DNA from: Euglena gracilis
Taxonomy: Eukaryota
NCBI GenBank assembly: GCA_039621445.1
Contig: CP154954.1
Location: forward strand, 45,177,847-45,241,846
Direction: 5' to 3'
DNA: 64,000 nucleotides
This document shows, piece by piece, positions 1 to 10,830 of this stretch. Each line of letters begins with the position of its first letter. Positions within the stretch are counted from its first letter, which is position 1. The position numbers and the translations under genes were made by a program. The notes beneath the pieces are model-generated. The model had not been told where the DNA came from. It ran no database searches and worked only from the letters and a program-made list of their open reading frames with translations.

Positions 1-1659
1 ATCATTCCAAAATTTATCAAATGCGTTGGAGTGTTGTGACCAATGACATGGCAAACGGGCATGTGCATTGGATGAAAAGGCATCGATTTCCAATGCCAAA
101 TCAAAAGAATCAGCCAATGTCGCGATTTTGGAAAACCATCGTTCCAAAATGCGATATTGACCAAAATTAAAAGCATTCCGTACGCGTTTCGCGTATTCAT
201 GCACCCGATTTTCGGGTTGAAGGGTAGAAACACAATGAATGGATCCACAAACATGCGAGTTGTCTTCCACTACCTCAAGGGGTAATCCCAAGGGAGTTTG
301 GACAGGTTGGGGGTTTCCCCATTCCGCATCAAATCCGTACCAGGTGTGATCGCGATTGTAGTTAGGAATGACGCTTTTCGCATTTCCAAACAACGAGGTT
401 AATCCGCGTTGTTGGAGTACTCGGTGTATCTCCGCGCATTGCGGGCTACAACCAAGTGTATCATGGCGTGTGGATTCCGTATTCGGAATTGTGATTAGTG
501 TCGGAGTTTCAACTAAACATCCACAATCGAAATCCGATTGGGTGGAAATTCTCCTGCAGTGCACACATTGGAAGGAAGTGTGTTGGTGTGACAGGTGTGC
601 GTGTAAGTGGGTGTCGATGGCATTAGCCGGTGAGTCTTGTACAGGTGTGCCTGGATTCGGCACAACTGGTGGGAAACGGAGTGGTGGTGTAGCTGGGCGA
701 CTACTCGACACCGTAATTACTTCAGGCCTTTGGGCTTTCGTCTTGTAACCCAGTGAAACGGCGGGGGTACCGCTACTCGCTTGCCCTGCCTCATGTGGAA
801 CGCATGTTGGTGTGTCATTGGGCAGGGGGGAGGCTTTCTCCGTACCCCGGGTGTGGAAAACGGTTGGTGGTGTGGTGGATAACGGTGTTGCCATTGTGGG
901 TAACGGTGTTGGAAAAGTGGTGGTCATCATTGCGGATGCCAACGGTGATGGTGGTTTGGGTGTCAATGAAGTGGTGGGTGCTGTGCGCAAACCGTGGGAG
1001 TGGCAATCCACAACCAATCGGTACTGGTGTAAAAATGGGTATCCCAAAATTACGTCAGACCCGTGAATTCCGGACTCGTAACCCCAAATATTGGTGAAAT
1101 GTTGTAATTGTGGGGGTTGTGAGTGATGCTTCGGAATGATGGGCAAGAGTATCTCGAGCACACATCCCAAATCACCACCACACATGGGGGTGTTATCCGC
1201 GGTTGTAATTTTGATCGGTTTCTTGGCGCTTACCAAGAGCGGGGTCGGTATCAACCCCAACCGAAAGAGCAGTGCAATGCGACAACCAGTGTCAATGAGA
1301 ATTTTAACTTTGGTGGAGAAATTTTGAATGCGGATTTCCGCTTGGACAAGTAATTCCATTGGTGGTACGCAAAGTGAAGGGTCTGGCGGAAATACGTTTG
1401 CATGCCAGCTCTCCCATGAACCCTTTCCTACTTTGCTCAGCATTCCGAGCGGAAATGTGGAGTGGGGGGTAGGGGACCCGAAATGATTCCGGGTACTGAC
1501 CGTGAAGGCGGATGGGCAGGGGGGGTAAGGTTGATCAGGTCTTACCTCCATCTGTTCATCAGCCCAGAGGGCCTGTGCCCTCGGACCTCGGGCTCCCCTA
1601 CTCCAAGTCCGAACCGGCCGCATAGCCGGCAATGGACTTTTTGGTGGAATAGATGGAAT
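1..1659 (-). CDS. pol: Pol N-terminal part (aspartic protease, linker, start of an N6-adenine-methyltransferase-like domain); open to the window edge
   Basis: Translated by hand; absent from the ORF track because it lacks a stop. KVKILIDTGC (~1270-1310), DVILGYPFL (~1030-1057), LEIDAFSSNAHARLPCHWSQHSNAFDKFWND (1-93). Confidence 0.85.
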   Translation of the reverse strand, partial: MPSIPPKSPLPAMRPVRTWSRGARGPRAQALWADEQMEVRPDQPYPPCPSAFTVSTRNHFGSPTPHSTFPLGMLSKVGKGSWESWHANVFPPDPSLCVPPMELLVQAEIRIQNFSTKVKILIDTGCRIALLFRLGLIPTPLLVSAKKPIKITTADNTPMCGGDLGCVLEILLPIIPKHHSQPPQLQHFTNIWGYESGIHGSDVILGYPFLHQYRLVVDCHSHGLRTAPTTSLTPKPPSPLASAMMTTTFPTPLPTMATPLSTTPPTVFHTRGTEKASPLPNDTPTCVPHEAGQASSGTPAVSLGYKTKAQRPEVITVSSSRPATPPLRFPPVVPNPGTPVQDSPANAIDTHLHAHLSHQHTSFQCVHCRRISTQSDFDCGCLVETPTLITIPNTESTRHDTLGCSPQCAEIHRVLQQRGLTSLFGNAKSVIPNYNRDHTWYGFDAEWGNPQPVQTPLGLPLEVVEDNSHVCGSIHCVSTLQPENRVHEYAKRVRNAFNFGQYRILERWFSKIATLADSFDLALEIDAFSSNAHARLPCHWSQHSNAFDKFWND

Positions 1660-4600
1660 TCAATGAGCGCACCGCCATTCGGGCCTCATTAAATTCCCCG
1701 TCCGAGGTCTCATCTCCCTCCCTGCCCGAAGCCGGGGTGTCCTCCTCCAAACAAGACATCTTGAAACTGACCTTTTGCCGGTTGGAGGAGTAACCACGGT
1801 CATCGCGGCGCTTACCGCGATTTCCGTAGCCGGGCCGGGGGGAACGAGATCTGGGACATTTGGATGCGTGGTGATCTTTGGAACCGCAAAGTGAGCAACG
1901 GGCTTTGTGGCGGGATTCCGCATAACGGGGGGAACGGTATTCCGTTCGACCGTCAAACCGTCGTGGTGAACGGGTTTCCCGTCGACCATGACCGGTGTAC
2001 CGGGGTTTCCCCGGTGACTCCCGCGAAGAGGATGATCCACTTCGCGAACGCGATCGTGAAGAGTCGCGATTGAAATCCCGTTTTCGGGTAGGGGGTCCAG
2101 GTGACCGACCGCGAGAGGGACGGGTTTCCCGACCATCACGCGATGGTGACTTGGGCCTATTACCGCTAAAGCGGTTCTCCGAAGAACGTGAAACCCCCGA
2201 TTGACGTGAAAACGCCGAGGAACCCGATCCCCGTGAGGAGGTCGAGCCCCTTGGGCTTCCAATACGCTTTCGCGCATCGGGATTCGGGCATTCCCGAGAC
2301 ATGTGACCAGATTTGTTGCACAAAAAGCACAGTTTATCCGTGCCCTGGTCCGAAGAACGCTGATTCCGCGTTTTCGATCCCGTAGTGGGTGATCTTGGTG
2401 ACATGGGTGATTTTTGCAACGCATTAACCGCACCCGCAGGGATTCCCGCGGTGGGATGCGTTTGGAAAGCGGATTGTATTTGTCCCAAAACTTGTGTGAG
2501 TTTGAGTTGCTTTGACACATAATTCCAACGTTGGGCAAGAGTCACCTCATGCCCTGCCAACTCCTCGCGATGGATATCCTTCACGAGGGATGGTGTGAAA
2601 TGCAACAAAACCGCATCGAATTGTTCGCGCATTTGCTTCTCGCTAAGTTCATCAACTTCGGAAGCAAGTGCTAACCATTTGGCATACCAAAGGTCAATGG
2701 ATTTCCATTTGCGATCCGATGGTGCGGATTGTCGCCACTTCTTCTCCAGGGTAATCCTGGTGACCAAGCTTGAGTTGGTTGAAGTGTATTGCTCAACCAG
2801 GTCATCGAATGATACGCCATTACGTATCACCAAATTACGTGCGCGTTCTCGCTCCTCCCTCGGTAGGCAATCGATGAATTCCATCTTGACTACCTCGGGA
2901 TTCAGGTCTTGGGTGGGTCCCTTTAGTGCCCAATAGTACTCCCAGTCCCGAAAAAATTGTCTCCATGTGGTTGGATCCCCGTCCCATTGGGGCTTCACCT
3001 TGTTCGCGATTGCGATGGTGCCCTTGAAGTCTCTCTGAGTAACCCGCTGACCCTCGGTGGTATTCCAGGGGTTTGGGTCAGGGTAATTCTTAACACCAAA
3101 CGCGTTTCGCGGATTTTCCGCTCCATGTGTAACCCGTGCAGGATTTCCCGCACCAAGTGTAAGGTTGGCAGGATTTTCCTGCGGTATTTGCGAAAAATTC
3201 GGTGAAATTCTCCCGGTGGGGCGGGTTTCCCGCCGAAATCCCGACGGGTGGTCTGGTAATCCAGAACCCGTTGGTGGTTGGTATGATCGCGAATGCGACA
3301 CATGACCAATACCAGGTGTGGGGTGTTGGCTCATTCCTCGTACAAGGTTGGAATTTTGAATTTCTTGGTGGAGACTCGAATTTTCGAGTGGGGGGTCAAT
3401 TTCCTCATCGGAAATGTCGTGCGAAGAGTGAGTTTGTGGTGTTGGCAAATGCAAAGGTGGTACAATTCGCGTTTTCGCGGGTGGTTGTACCAAATTCGCG
3501 GTGGATGTAGGGATTCCTACTCCAGAAATGGTAATTTGAGAACGCGATTCTGGGACATTTGGAATACCAACCGCAGCGCTTACCGCGGTGGATGGTGGCA
3601 CAACCGGTGCCGGAGTGGACATTTTATCCAAACTCGCGGACAAGTCATGCACCGTTTCTTCCAAATGTTCCACCAACTGGAGTTGGCCGCAAATACGGTC
3701 AACCTCAGTCTCCAAATGCCTAATGCGTTTGCGGTACCGGGAAAAGTCGTCCAAGTGTGGTAACTTTTCGGAGACCAAGTGTAAATCTTGGACAAGTTGT
3801 CCTTGGGACTCCTCCACATTCCGGAGTTGACCCGCAAGCGCTTTTACTGCATTTGAGACGGTTTGCAATTGATGGAGTGACTTTGTGGGGGTTTCCGCGG
3901 TGGTGCGCGAATTTCCCGCGGTTGGCTTTTCCAACAACGCAGAAATTCGTGCATCCAACCGTGAAACCTCATCTTGCATGGATCGGGCATTCCGATTCAC
4001 CGATTCCTCAAGTTGAATCAAACTTGTGCAAAATGCTTGCAAGGTTTCCTTGTTGTCACCAAGCATTTTGTTGTAAAATGAGCGAAACTCCGGTGACTCG
4101 GATATCCGAGCACGCGAAATGGGGGGTAGTGAGCGGATTTCCGCTACTGTGGTGGACAACAAGGTGCAACGGGTTTGTAATTCCCCAATAGCGGCTTGAA
4201 TACCACTAATGTCGGGAATTCGCTTGGAAAGTGCGGAAACATGCTCCTGCAAACCGACAACGGTGGCATTTATACCGCCAATGTCCGTTTGCATTTGTTG
4301 TTGCGTGAAATCCAACCGTTGTGCGCAATCCGCGATTTTCGCGTTCAAGGTGGTTAATCCATCCTGATTTGTGGCACAATGGCAGGATTTTTGCTCCAAG
4401 TGTGAAATTCGTTCCTCCAAAAGCTGGATTTGCGTACGGGGAACAAAATTTTCTTGCACTTTCGCCTGAAATTGCTTCAAGTGCTCGATTTCCGAGCCAA
4501 GATGCAAAATCCGTTGTTGGGCTTCTTGGAAAGAAGTAGTGAGTGTGGCAAAATGCTCAACCGCGACAAAGTTACCGATTTCCGGCATTTTGGGGGTGGC

Positions 4601-5377
4601 ATTTTGCGCTTGTGACTGGTGCTGCAATTGCAGTAGCATGGTTGAACAGGATTCCACTTTGGCAAAAAGGTGGTTCATATCATCTTGCACATGCAGAAAC
4701 TTGGAATCATTCCGCGTTTCCGCTTCATGCAGCATTTCGCTGATTTGTTGGAAATTTTGTGGAAGTTGGATGCGTAAAATACTGTCAACACTTTCCCGAA
4801 AATGCTGAAGGTCTTTCCCCGCATTTTCAAAATTGTGTTGGCAATATTTGCCGATTTCCTGCAAATAATTCCAGCAACACTCCAGTTTGGTGTTGACAAC
4901 CCTTTGATTGTCCTCATCGAACTGCAAAACTTTGTTGAGCATGGTTGCACATTCCGCAACGCATTGGTGGACATGCAAAATTTGTTTGCTAAGCGGGTGA
5001 TCCGCTGGGAGTTGACCGAGAATTCGGTAAACATCACCGGGGGTGAGGTTATCCCTCAAATCTTCCTCATAGTCCTCCACAATGGAAACGGCACCAGAGA
5101 TTTCCGGTACCACCAGACGCATATCTGGGTTCCATGGCATTGCGGGGAAAACCGCAGCTTCCGCGGGTAATCCCGCAATGCGTGTAATGGTGTGGGGGGG
5201 GGGGGGTAATTGAGGGGGGTTGGAAAAAACACGGTGTTTCCACCGAGTTGCACCCCAAAAGGCCCACCGGTGCTTCCACCGGGGATCTTTTGGGTGTGAA
5301 CAGAGCAAAGGGCAAATACCCCTCACTTTGTTCATGGGTAACATGAGTAACCAAGTGTGAGGGGGCAAGGGGTTCAT
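1598..5377 (-). CDS. gag: Gag-like protein, 1259 aa, long coiled-coil N-half, two CCHC zinc knuckles, RS-rich tail
   Basis: CFLCNKSGHMSREC and CSLCGSKDHHASKC; capsid-like PQWDGDPTTWRQFFRDWE; intact ORF. Confidence 0.88.
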   Translation of the reverse strand: MNPLPPHTWLLMLPMNKVRGICPLLCSHPKDPRWKHRWAFWGATRWKHRVFSNPPQLPPPPHTITRIAGLPAEAAVFPAMPWNPDMRLVVPEISGAVSIVEDYEEDLRDNLTPGDVYRILGQLPADHPLSKQILHVHQCVAECATMLNKVLQFDEDNQRVVNTKLECCWNYLQEIGKYCQHNFENAGKDLQHFRESVDSILRIQLPQNFQQISEMLHEAETRNDSKFLHVQDDMNHLFAKVESCSTMLLQLQHQSQAQNATPKMPEIGNFVAVEHFATLTTSFQEAQQRILHLGSEIEHLKQFQAKVQENFVPRTQIQLLEERISHLEQKSCHCATNQDGLTTLNAKIADCAQRLDFTQQQMQTDIGGINATVVGLQEHVSALSKRIPDISGIQAAIGELQTRCTLLSTTVAEIRSLPPISRARISESPEFRSFYNKMLGDNKETLQAFCTSLIQLEESVNRNARSMQDEVSRLDARISALLEKPTAGNSRTTAETPTKSLHQLQTVSNAVKALAGQLRNVEESQGQLVQDLHLVSEKLPHLDDFSRYRKRIRHLETEVDRICGQLQLVEHLEETVHDLSASLDKMSTPAPVVPPSTAVSAAVGIPNVPESRSQITISGVGIPTSTANLVQPPAKTRIVPPLHLPTPQTHSSHDISDEEIDPPLENSSLHQEIQNSNLVRGMSQHPTPGIGHVSHSRSYQPPTGSGLPDHPSGFRRETRPTGRISPNFSQIPQENPANLTLGAGNPARVTHGAENPRNAFGVKNYPDPNPWNTTEGQRVTQRDFKGTIAIANKVKPQWDGDPTTWRQFFRDWEYYWALKGPTQDLNPEVVKMEFIDCLPREERERARNLVIRNGVSFDDLVEQYTSTNSSLVTRITLEKKWRQSAPSDRKWKSIDLWYAKWLALASEVDELSEKQMREQFDAVLLHFTPSLVKDIHREELAGHEVTLAQRWNYVSKQLKLTQVLGQIQSAFQTHPTAGIPAGAVNALQKSPMSPRSPTTGSKTRNQRSSDQGTDKLCFLCNKSGHMSRECPNPDARKRIGSPRGSTSSRGSGSSAFSRQSGVSRSSENRFSGNRPKSPSRDGRETRPSRGRSPGPPTRKRDFNRDSSRSRSRSGSSSSRESPGKPRYTGHGRRETRSPRRFDGRTEYRSPRYAESRHKARCSLCGSKDHHASKCPRSRSPRPGYGNRGKRRDDRGYSSNRQKVSFKMSCLEEDTPASGREGDETSDGEFNEARMAVRSLNSIYSTKKSIAGYAAGSDLE

Positions 5378-5919
5378 CCCCTCGCCGCATCAATGATGGG
5401 TGAATCGGGATAGAGGAAGGCATTTTGCCACCTACATCCCGCACAATCAATGACAATAATGATGAAGAGGGTTCATTACCCCCATGCAATAATAAAGGCG
5501 TTTCGCCTTTTGAGAATGACAAATGAGTCAAATTGCCTTCTTCTTGCTTGGGGGGTCGGGAATTGGAACTTGTTTCATTCAAACCGTTCCAATCCCCGCA
5601 ATCTTCATCACAATTGCTCAATGAACTCATCAACAAGTCATAATCAAATTTGGGGTTGGGGCTTGTGCTCTGCATCTTTTGAGATGGGTAAAAAGGCAAA
5701 AACCCAAAAATTCACACAAATAAGCAGAGAAACAGGGACCAGAAAGGTTGTATCGGCGATTACCGAACAGAGCCTTCTGAGACCTGTATCCTTGCTTAAA
5801 GGTTGGCTAGGGGCCAGGAACGGTACTTTCACCGTGTTTCACGGCTCAGTACGATCCTCACCACCAGTCAACCACAGAGTTTCTCTGTGTGGAACGTCTG
5901 TGTAGGATCGTTGCCTAAA

Positions 5920-5929
5920 TCTGCTACCA
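5920..5929 (-). promoter_or_regulatory. Primer-binding site (initiator tRNA-Met type)
   Basis: TGGTAGCAGA directly after ...GTACA-CT. Confidence 0.8.
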
Positions 5930-5931
5930 AG

Positions 5932-6355
5932 TGTACGTCCAAAGCTTTCCCTTTTTCCCTTTTTGGGACTTTCTGTAAAAGCCTTTCGCTTTCGCCTTGG
6001 TGCGCAGCCTACTTATGGTAGGGAAAAGTCTTTGGAGTAACGAAAAGTGGTTTTCCCCTTTTCTTCCCAATTCCCCAAGAAGCAAAGCACAAAGCAAAGA
6101 CTCAGAAGTTTCTTCTGAGATCAAGTTCGATTGTTCCGAGGGTTTTTCCCTCTGACAAAACCAATGGTCAAACTTGGAATTGATGACAGTGAAGAATACC
6201 ACCTGTGGGGGAAGGAGAGAAAAGTGCTGACGTGTCCAGGGGCAGATCCCAGAAGGGTCTGCCACGATCCTACCAGCTGTGGTTTTCCACAGTGGTGCGA
6301 CCGTCACAGAACCCACTCTGCAGATATCCTACAGAGCTGGGACGTGCCTGGTACA
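5932..6355 (-). repeat. 5' LTR (424 bp)
   Basis: TGTAC...GTACA termini, followed after 2 nt by the PBS; the partner LTR is not in the window. Confidence 0.75.
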
Positions 6356-6907
6356 CACCCACTCCATGGCGCTCTTTTGACTGAAATGCAAGGGTTTTGT
6401 GCCCGGAACCGGGCACCCGGGGGTCGAAAAACACCCCGAAAACGGCTAAGTCGGACAGTGGTGAAAGTTTGCAACGCGGCCATACCTCTGGCTAGGCGGG
6501 GAGTTTCGTACTCCCTCGAGGGAAACCGACCAGGGAGGAAGGGACACCGAGGGCGAAGAACAAAGACCTTGTGAGGCCATGCCTTGCTCGCCGGCGGCGC
6601 TGTTTGGATTGTTTGGGTGCATAGGGTTAGGAGGTCCCGCTTAGTGCCTTGACCATTCGGGCTCCGCACTTCGAGATGGTGAGGTCCTGCTTTCCTTGCC
6701 GGCTGTTCTGTTCTGGTGTGTTTGTGCGTGCGCGGGGGGTGCTTCTTACTGCTTTTTGCCGGAGTTGGCTGATTCCTAATTCTGCCCTTCGACCACAAGG
6801 AGAAAGATTTCAACTCAACGAGTTCAACAACGTTCAGCACAGCATCCAATCAATACAGAGGAGGAAGAGGAATTCAGACGATAACGAAAAGCGCAGGAAG
6901 AAAAATT

Positions 6908-7622
6908 TTGATTTCCATGAAAGATGCAACATACCTGGAGTCCAGCGGCGCAACAGAGCAACAAAGAACCCCTGCGAAGGCAGCAGAAGCTGGAGAAGAT
7001 GGAGTTCCAGCAGGCGCCAGAGCAACCAACATGGAAAGGCAAGCAGCGTTACAAGGAGTTTCAAGGAAGAAACCTGAAGTGGAGAAGAGTGGAGGAGCAG
7101 CAAGCGCTGGAGACGATGACGGAGCAGGAGCGGAGCACCAGTCCGTGGCCATCGCAACCCCCCCACCTTCCAATTTCCCGAAAAAATTTTCAATTCCAGT
7201 TCGACGACGGCCATGGACCCTGGACATTGGTGGCCAGAAAGTCGAGGAGACAAAGACACCAGCAGCCCACAGCCCAGAGGGACAGAAATGCGGAGACAGG
7301 TCTGGAAGACTACCCCCCCATTTTCACATCACCACCCCCCACCCAGGGGGAACATTCCAAGGGGAAATGGACTGCATCAAGGGCATGGCGACCCTTTCCA
7401 ACAAGGCTATGGCAGCCATCATCAAAGGCATGGCGCCCAGCTGCAAGGCTATGGCAGCCATCATCAAGGGCATGGAGTCCAGCTGCAAGGCTATGGCAGC
7501 CATCATCAAGGGCATGGCGCCCAGCTGCAAGGCTATGGAAGCCAGATGTAAATGCTGCAAACTTGCCCCAGGCTAAAGGCATGTCCAACTTACCCCACAG
7601 CTGTCTCAAAATCATAACATAA
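6908..7622 (+). CDS. Putative DIRS ORF1 (gag-like) region with a 42-bp tandem repeat; true frame uncertain
   Basis: Lies between the left ITR and RT; overlapping ORFs of 222 and 232 aa; repeat at ~7380-7540. Confidence 0.4.
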
Positions 7623-7904
7623 CATAAATCCCGCAGGAGCTGTCAATCAATGCAGCAAGCAGCCCCCCCTTCAGGGGCAGAAGGCCAATGGAGGCCATGG
7701 TATTCAGAATCAAGAGGCCAATGGCAGCCAGTGGAGAAATCAAGACCTCAAGGCCAGGGCAGGACATTTCAATCGAAAATCAGGAGGCCAATGGGGGACA
7801 AAATATGATTCAAGATCACCACATCAGCCCTTGGGGGGGAGGCCCAAGATTGGCTGCAACAGGGCCCCCCCAGAAGATAATCAGCCCAGACACCCCAGCT
7901 TTGT

Positions 7905-9919
7905 ATGTACCACCCCCACTGCAGACACAGACCTTCCCTCATCATTCAAAATCAGGGGGAAAGCCTGTCCTTGGAAAGCCCTATGGCAGGGCCAGCTGCA
8001 GCCCCAGTGATGGGGCAACCAAGGGGAAGGACCCCAGTGATGGAGCCTGGGGAATCCCCAGACATATTACACCCAGGGGTGCCTCCTTACAAGGCCCTGC
8101 AGGCCAGCCTTCCCCATTGGGTCAAAGCAGGTGCCAGCAGAGAGGTATTAAACCTGATAAGGGAGGGGGTTATGGCAGATCTTCCCCTCCCCCCTCAAAT
8201 GTCCTTAAAAGTTCCCTTTAAAACCCCCCAAGAAATATTGACAGCCCAGAAAATTCTAAGAGAATATGAATGTGCAGGGGCAACCAGGCAGATCCCCCCA
8301 CAGGAGGCAAAACATTTTGTCCCTTATTTCACCATTTCCAAAAAAGAAGGGGAAAAGACCAAAGAAAGACTGATTTCAGATTGTCGACAGTTAAACCTCC
8401 ATTTCACCCCCCAGAAGTTCAGATTGGAACACATGGGAAACATCTTCCCATATCTAAGAAAAGGTTGGTTCTGTGGGAAAATAGATCTGAAAGATGCTTA
8501 TTTCCACTTAAAACTGCACAGCAGCCTGGAAAAACATGTTTGTATGCAGGTGGGGGGGGGGGACTTGGCAGTTTCAAGCTGCATGCTTTGGTATAAGCAG
8601 CCTGCCACAGAAATTTATGGCTCTCATGAGAGTCTGGGAAAGGAAATGGAGAAAGGAGTGGAAGGTGGTTTTCATCTACCTCGACGACATTTTGCTGTTA
8701 GCCCCCAGCAAACAGACAGCAGCCCAACATTTGGTAGAAATGCAACAGGACCTTTTACTGGCAGGTTTCAGATTAAACCTCCCGAAATCCTGTTTGGAGC
8801 CCACTCAGGAAATAAAGCATTTGGGCCAGTGGATCAATTTGAAAAAAGGCCAACTGGAGATTCCTCAGGAAAAATGAAAATCCTTGAGAAAGGAGCTAGG
8901 CAAGGTGCTCACAGCACAAAAAAATGAGCTGCAGAAAACTCAGCTCCATTGTGGGGCAGGTCAGAAGCTATTTAGTCTCCATGCCATTTCTCAGAATTCT
9001 GACAGATCAACTTTGCAAAATGGTGGATTTGCACACCAAATGGGGTTGGGACCACACCCTGACCATTCCTCAGGGAGTCAAAGATCAAATTGTGGAGTTA
9101 AAATCGTTTTTACAGCCAGGGGTTGGCAGGGCATTTCAATCCCAGGCCTCTCAGGAACTCTTTTCAGACAGCAGCACCTGGCAATGGGGGGGGGGGGCTG
9201 GACAAGGAATCAGGCCAAAAGGTGCAGGATTTTTGGAGGGACCTGCATGTCCTTCATATCAACCAAAAAGAGTTGCAAGCTGCAGTGGAAACTGTAAAAG
9301 CACTGGCCATCATGTCGACAGCCAGGTGGCTGTGAGTTATTTAACAAAGTGGGGAAGAAAAAAGCCCTACCTCAATTCCATTTTAAAACTCCTGCTGTAT
9401 CATTGCCAAGAAAAGCAAATCAATTTGCAGGTGGTCTGGGTTCCCACAAAGGAGCAATTGGCAGACTCCCTGACCAGGGAGCAAAAGGGCCCAGGGAATT
9501 ATACCCTAAACCCAAACATCTTTCACCAAATTCTTCATATTTTCAGGAAGGACATAACCCCAGAGGTGGATATGTTTTGCACACCCAGCAACAAAAAATT
9601 CCACAAGTTTGTTTGTCGATACCCCCACCAAGGGGCTTTGCTGGTGGATGCCTTGAGGGCAGACTTGAGGGACCTCCCCCCAGTTTATGCAAACCCCCCC
9701 TGGAGCATCATTCCCCAGTGGGTTCAGAGGTTAATGGTAAACCCAGACCTGCATTGTCTGTTGATCGTACCCCACTGGGCTTCGACATCATGGTGGCGCC
9801 AATTAATGTCAATCAGGCAGCCAGGCAGCAAAGTTTTACTGGTACCCCCCCAGTGGGGTCTGTTCACCAACTGCTGGGGGGAGGAGATGCCCCCCCAAGG
9901 TGGAATTTGGCCTGCTTGA
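7905..9919 (+). pseudogene. DIRS pol: reverse transcriptase, RNase H and MT domain, frameshifted mostly at homopolymers
   Basis: RLISDCRQLN, KIDLKDAYFH, FGISSLP, FIYLDDIL; LFSDSS, HINQKELQA, VDSQVAV, LADSLTR; EVDMFCTPSN...YANPPW. Confidence 0.9.
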
Positions 9920-10830
9920 TTGTGTCAGGCTAATATTACAATCCCAGGAAGTTTCGATGTCCAGTATCGACACTTACATAAAAAATCTGGGAAATGTCAA
10001 GAGATATGACTCGGCATTTGGCCAATTGTTGCACAAAGGGGGTGCCCCTGCAGGACTGCACAGTCCACAAGATGGCCGAGGCCATCCTTGATTTGGCTGC
10101 CCACAGCCTCAACACTGCACGAAATGCATATGCAGCAGTTTGATTACTCCCAGGGTTTGGGTCATTGAGGTTTTCCCCTCTTTTGTCTCCATTGAAAAGG
10201 AAATGGAATTCCAATGTCTGCAAGTATGCCCATTTTTGGGACCCCACTTATTTCTTAGAAAACATCATCAGGAAATCCAAACCCCTCTCAGACCTATCTG
10301 TAAAGGAGCTCAGAAACAGACTAATCATCTGTTGGAGGCTGTTGGCCCTCCACAGGGGGGTTGATTTAGCTAGGACACAGCGAAAAATCAGTTTCGTGGG
10401 GGAAAAATTTTTCATTTTATTGCAAAGGAAAGGTGGCAATTCCCCAGATGGGAGGAAGTTTTGTTTTTGCCACACACACACACACACACACACACCCCTC
10501 ATAAGCCCCTGGCATTTATTGAAAGAATATGTGGAAAGGACAGCCCACATGATTGGGCACAAAAATAATTTGTTATGGTCTTTGGATGGAAAAAGACCTT
10601 TGACAGCAGAAAGAGTGAATTCCCTAACCAGAGAAATTCTGCAAGAGGGAGGGGTGGACACCACCCACTGATAACCCCACAGCACCAGAGGAGCTGGGGT
10701 TTTATGGTGGAAAAATGCTGGTTTGCAAGTGGAAGAAGTCCAGCAATTGGGTCAGTGGAAAAATTTTGGGGCCTTCCAAGCTCATTATTTACGACTCGGT
10801 GTCGTTTCAAAAATTCAAAAAATTATGGCC
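9900..10830 (+). pseudogene. DIRS tyrosine recombinase, disrupted
   Basis: LHRGVDL, HSTRGAG (10678-10698), QLGQWKNFGAFQAHYLR; frameshifts and a (CA)n tract at ~10472-10495. Confidence 0.85.

Larger units (their letters stand above)
1..6355 (-). mobile_element. LTR retrotransposon (probably Ty3/Gypsy-like), 5' part; continues beyond the window start
   Basis: LTR, PBS, Gag with CCHC knuckles and retropepsin; RT/IN lie outside the window, so the superfamily is not proven. Confidence 0.88.

Noticed and set aside
1660-2538. 292-aa ORF overlapping gag as a separate gene
   Set aside because: Alternative frame of a low-complexity GC-rich part of gag, with no motifs and separated from pol by a stop.
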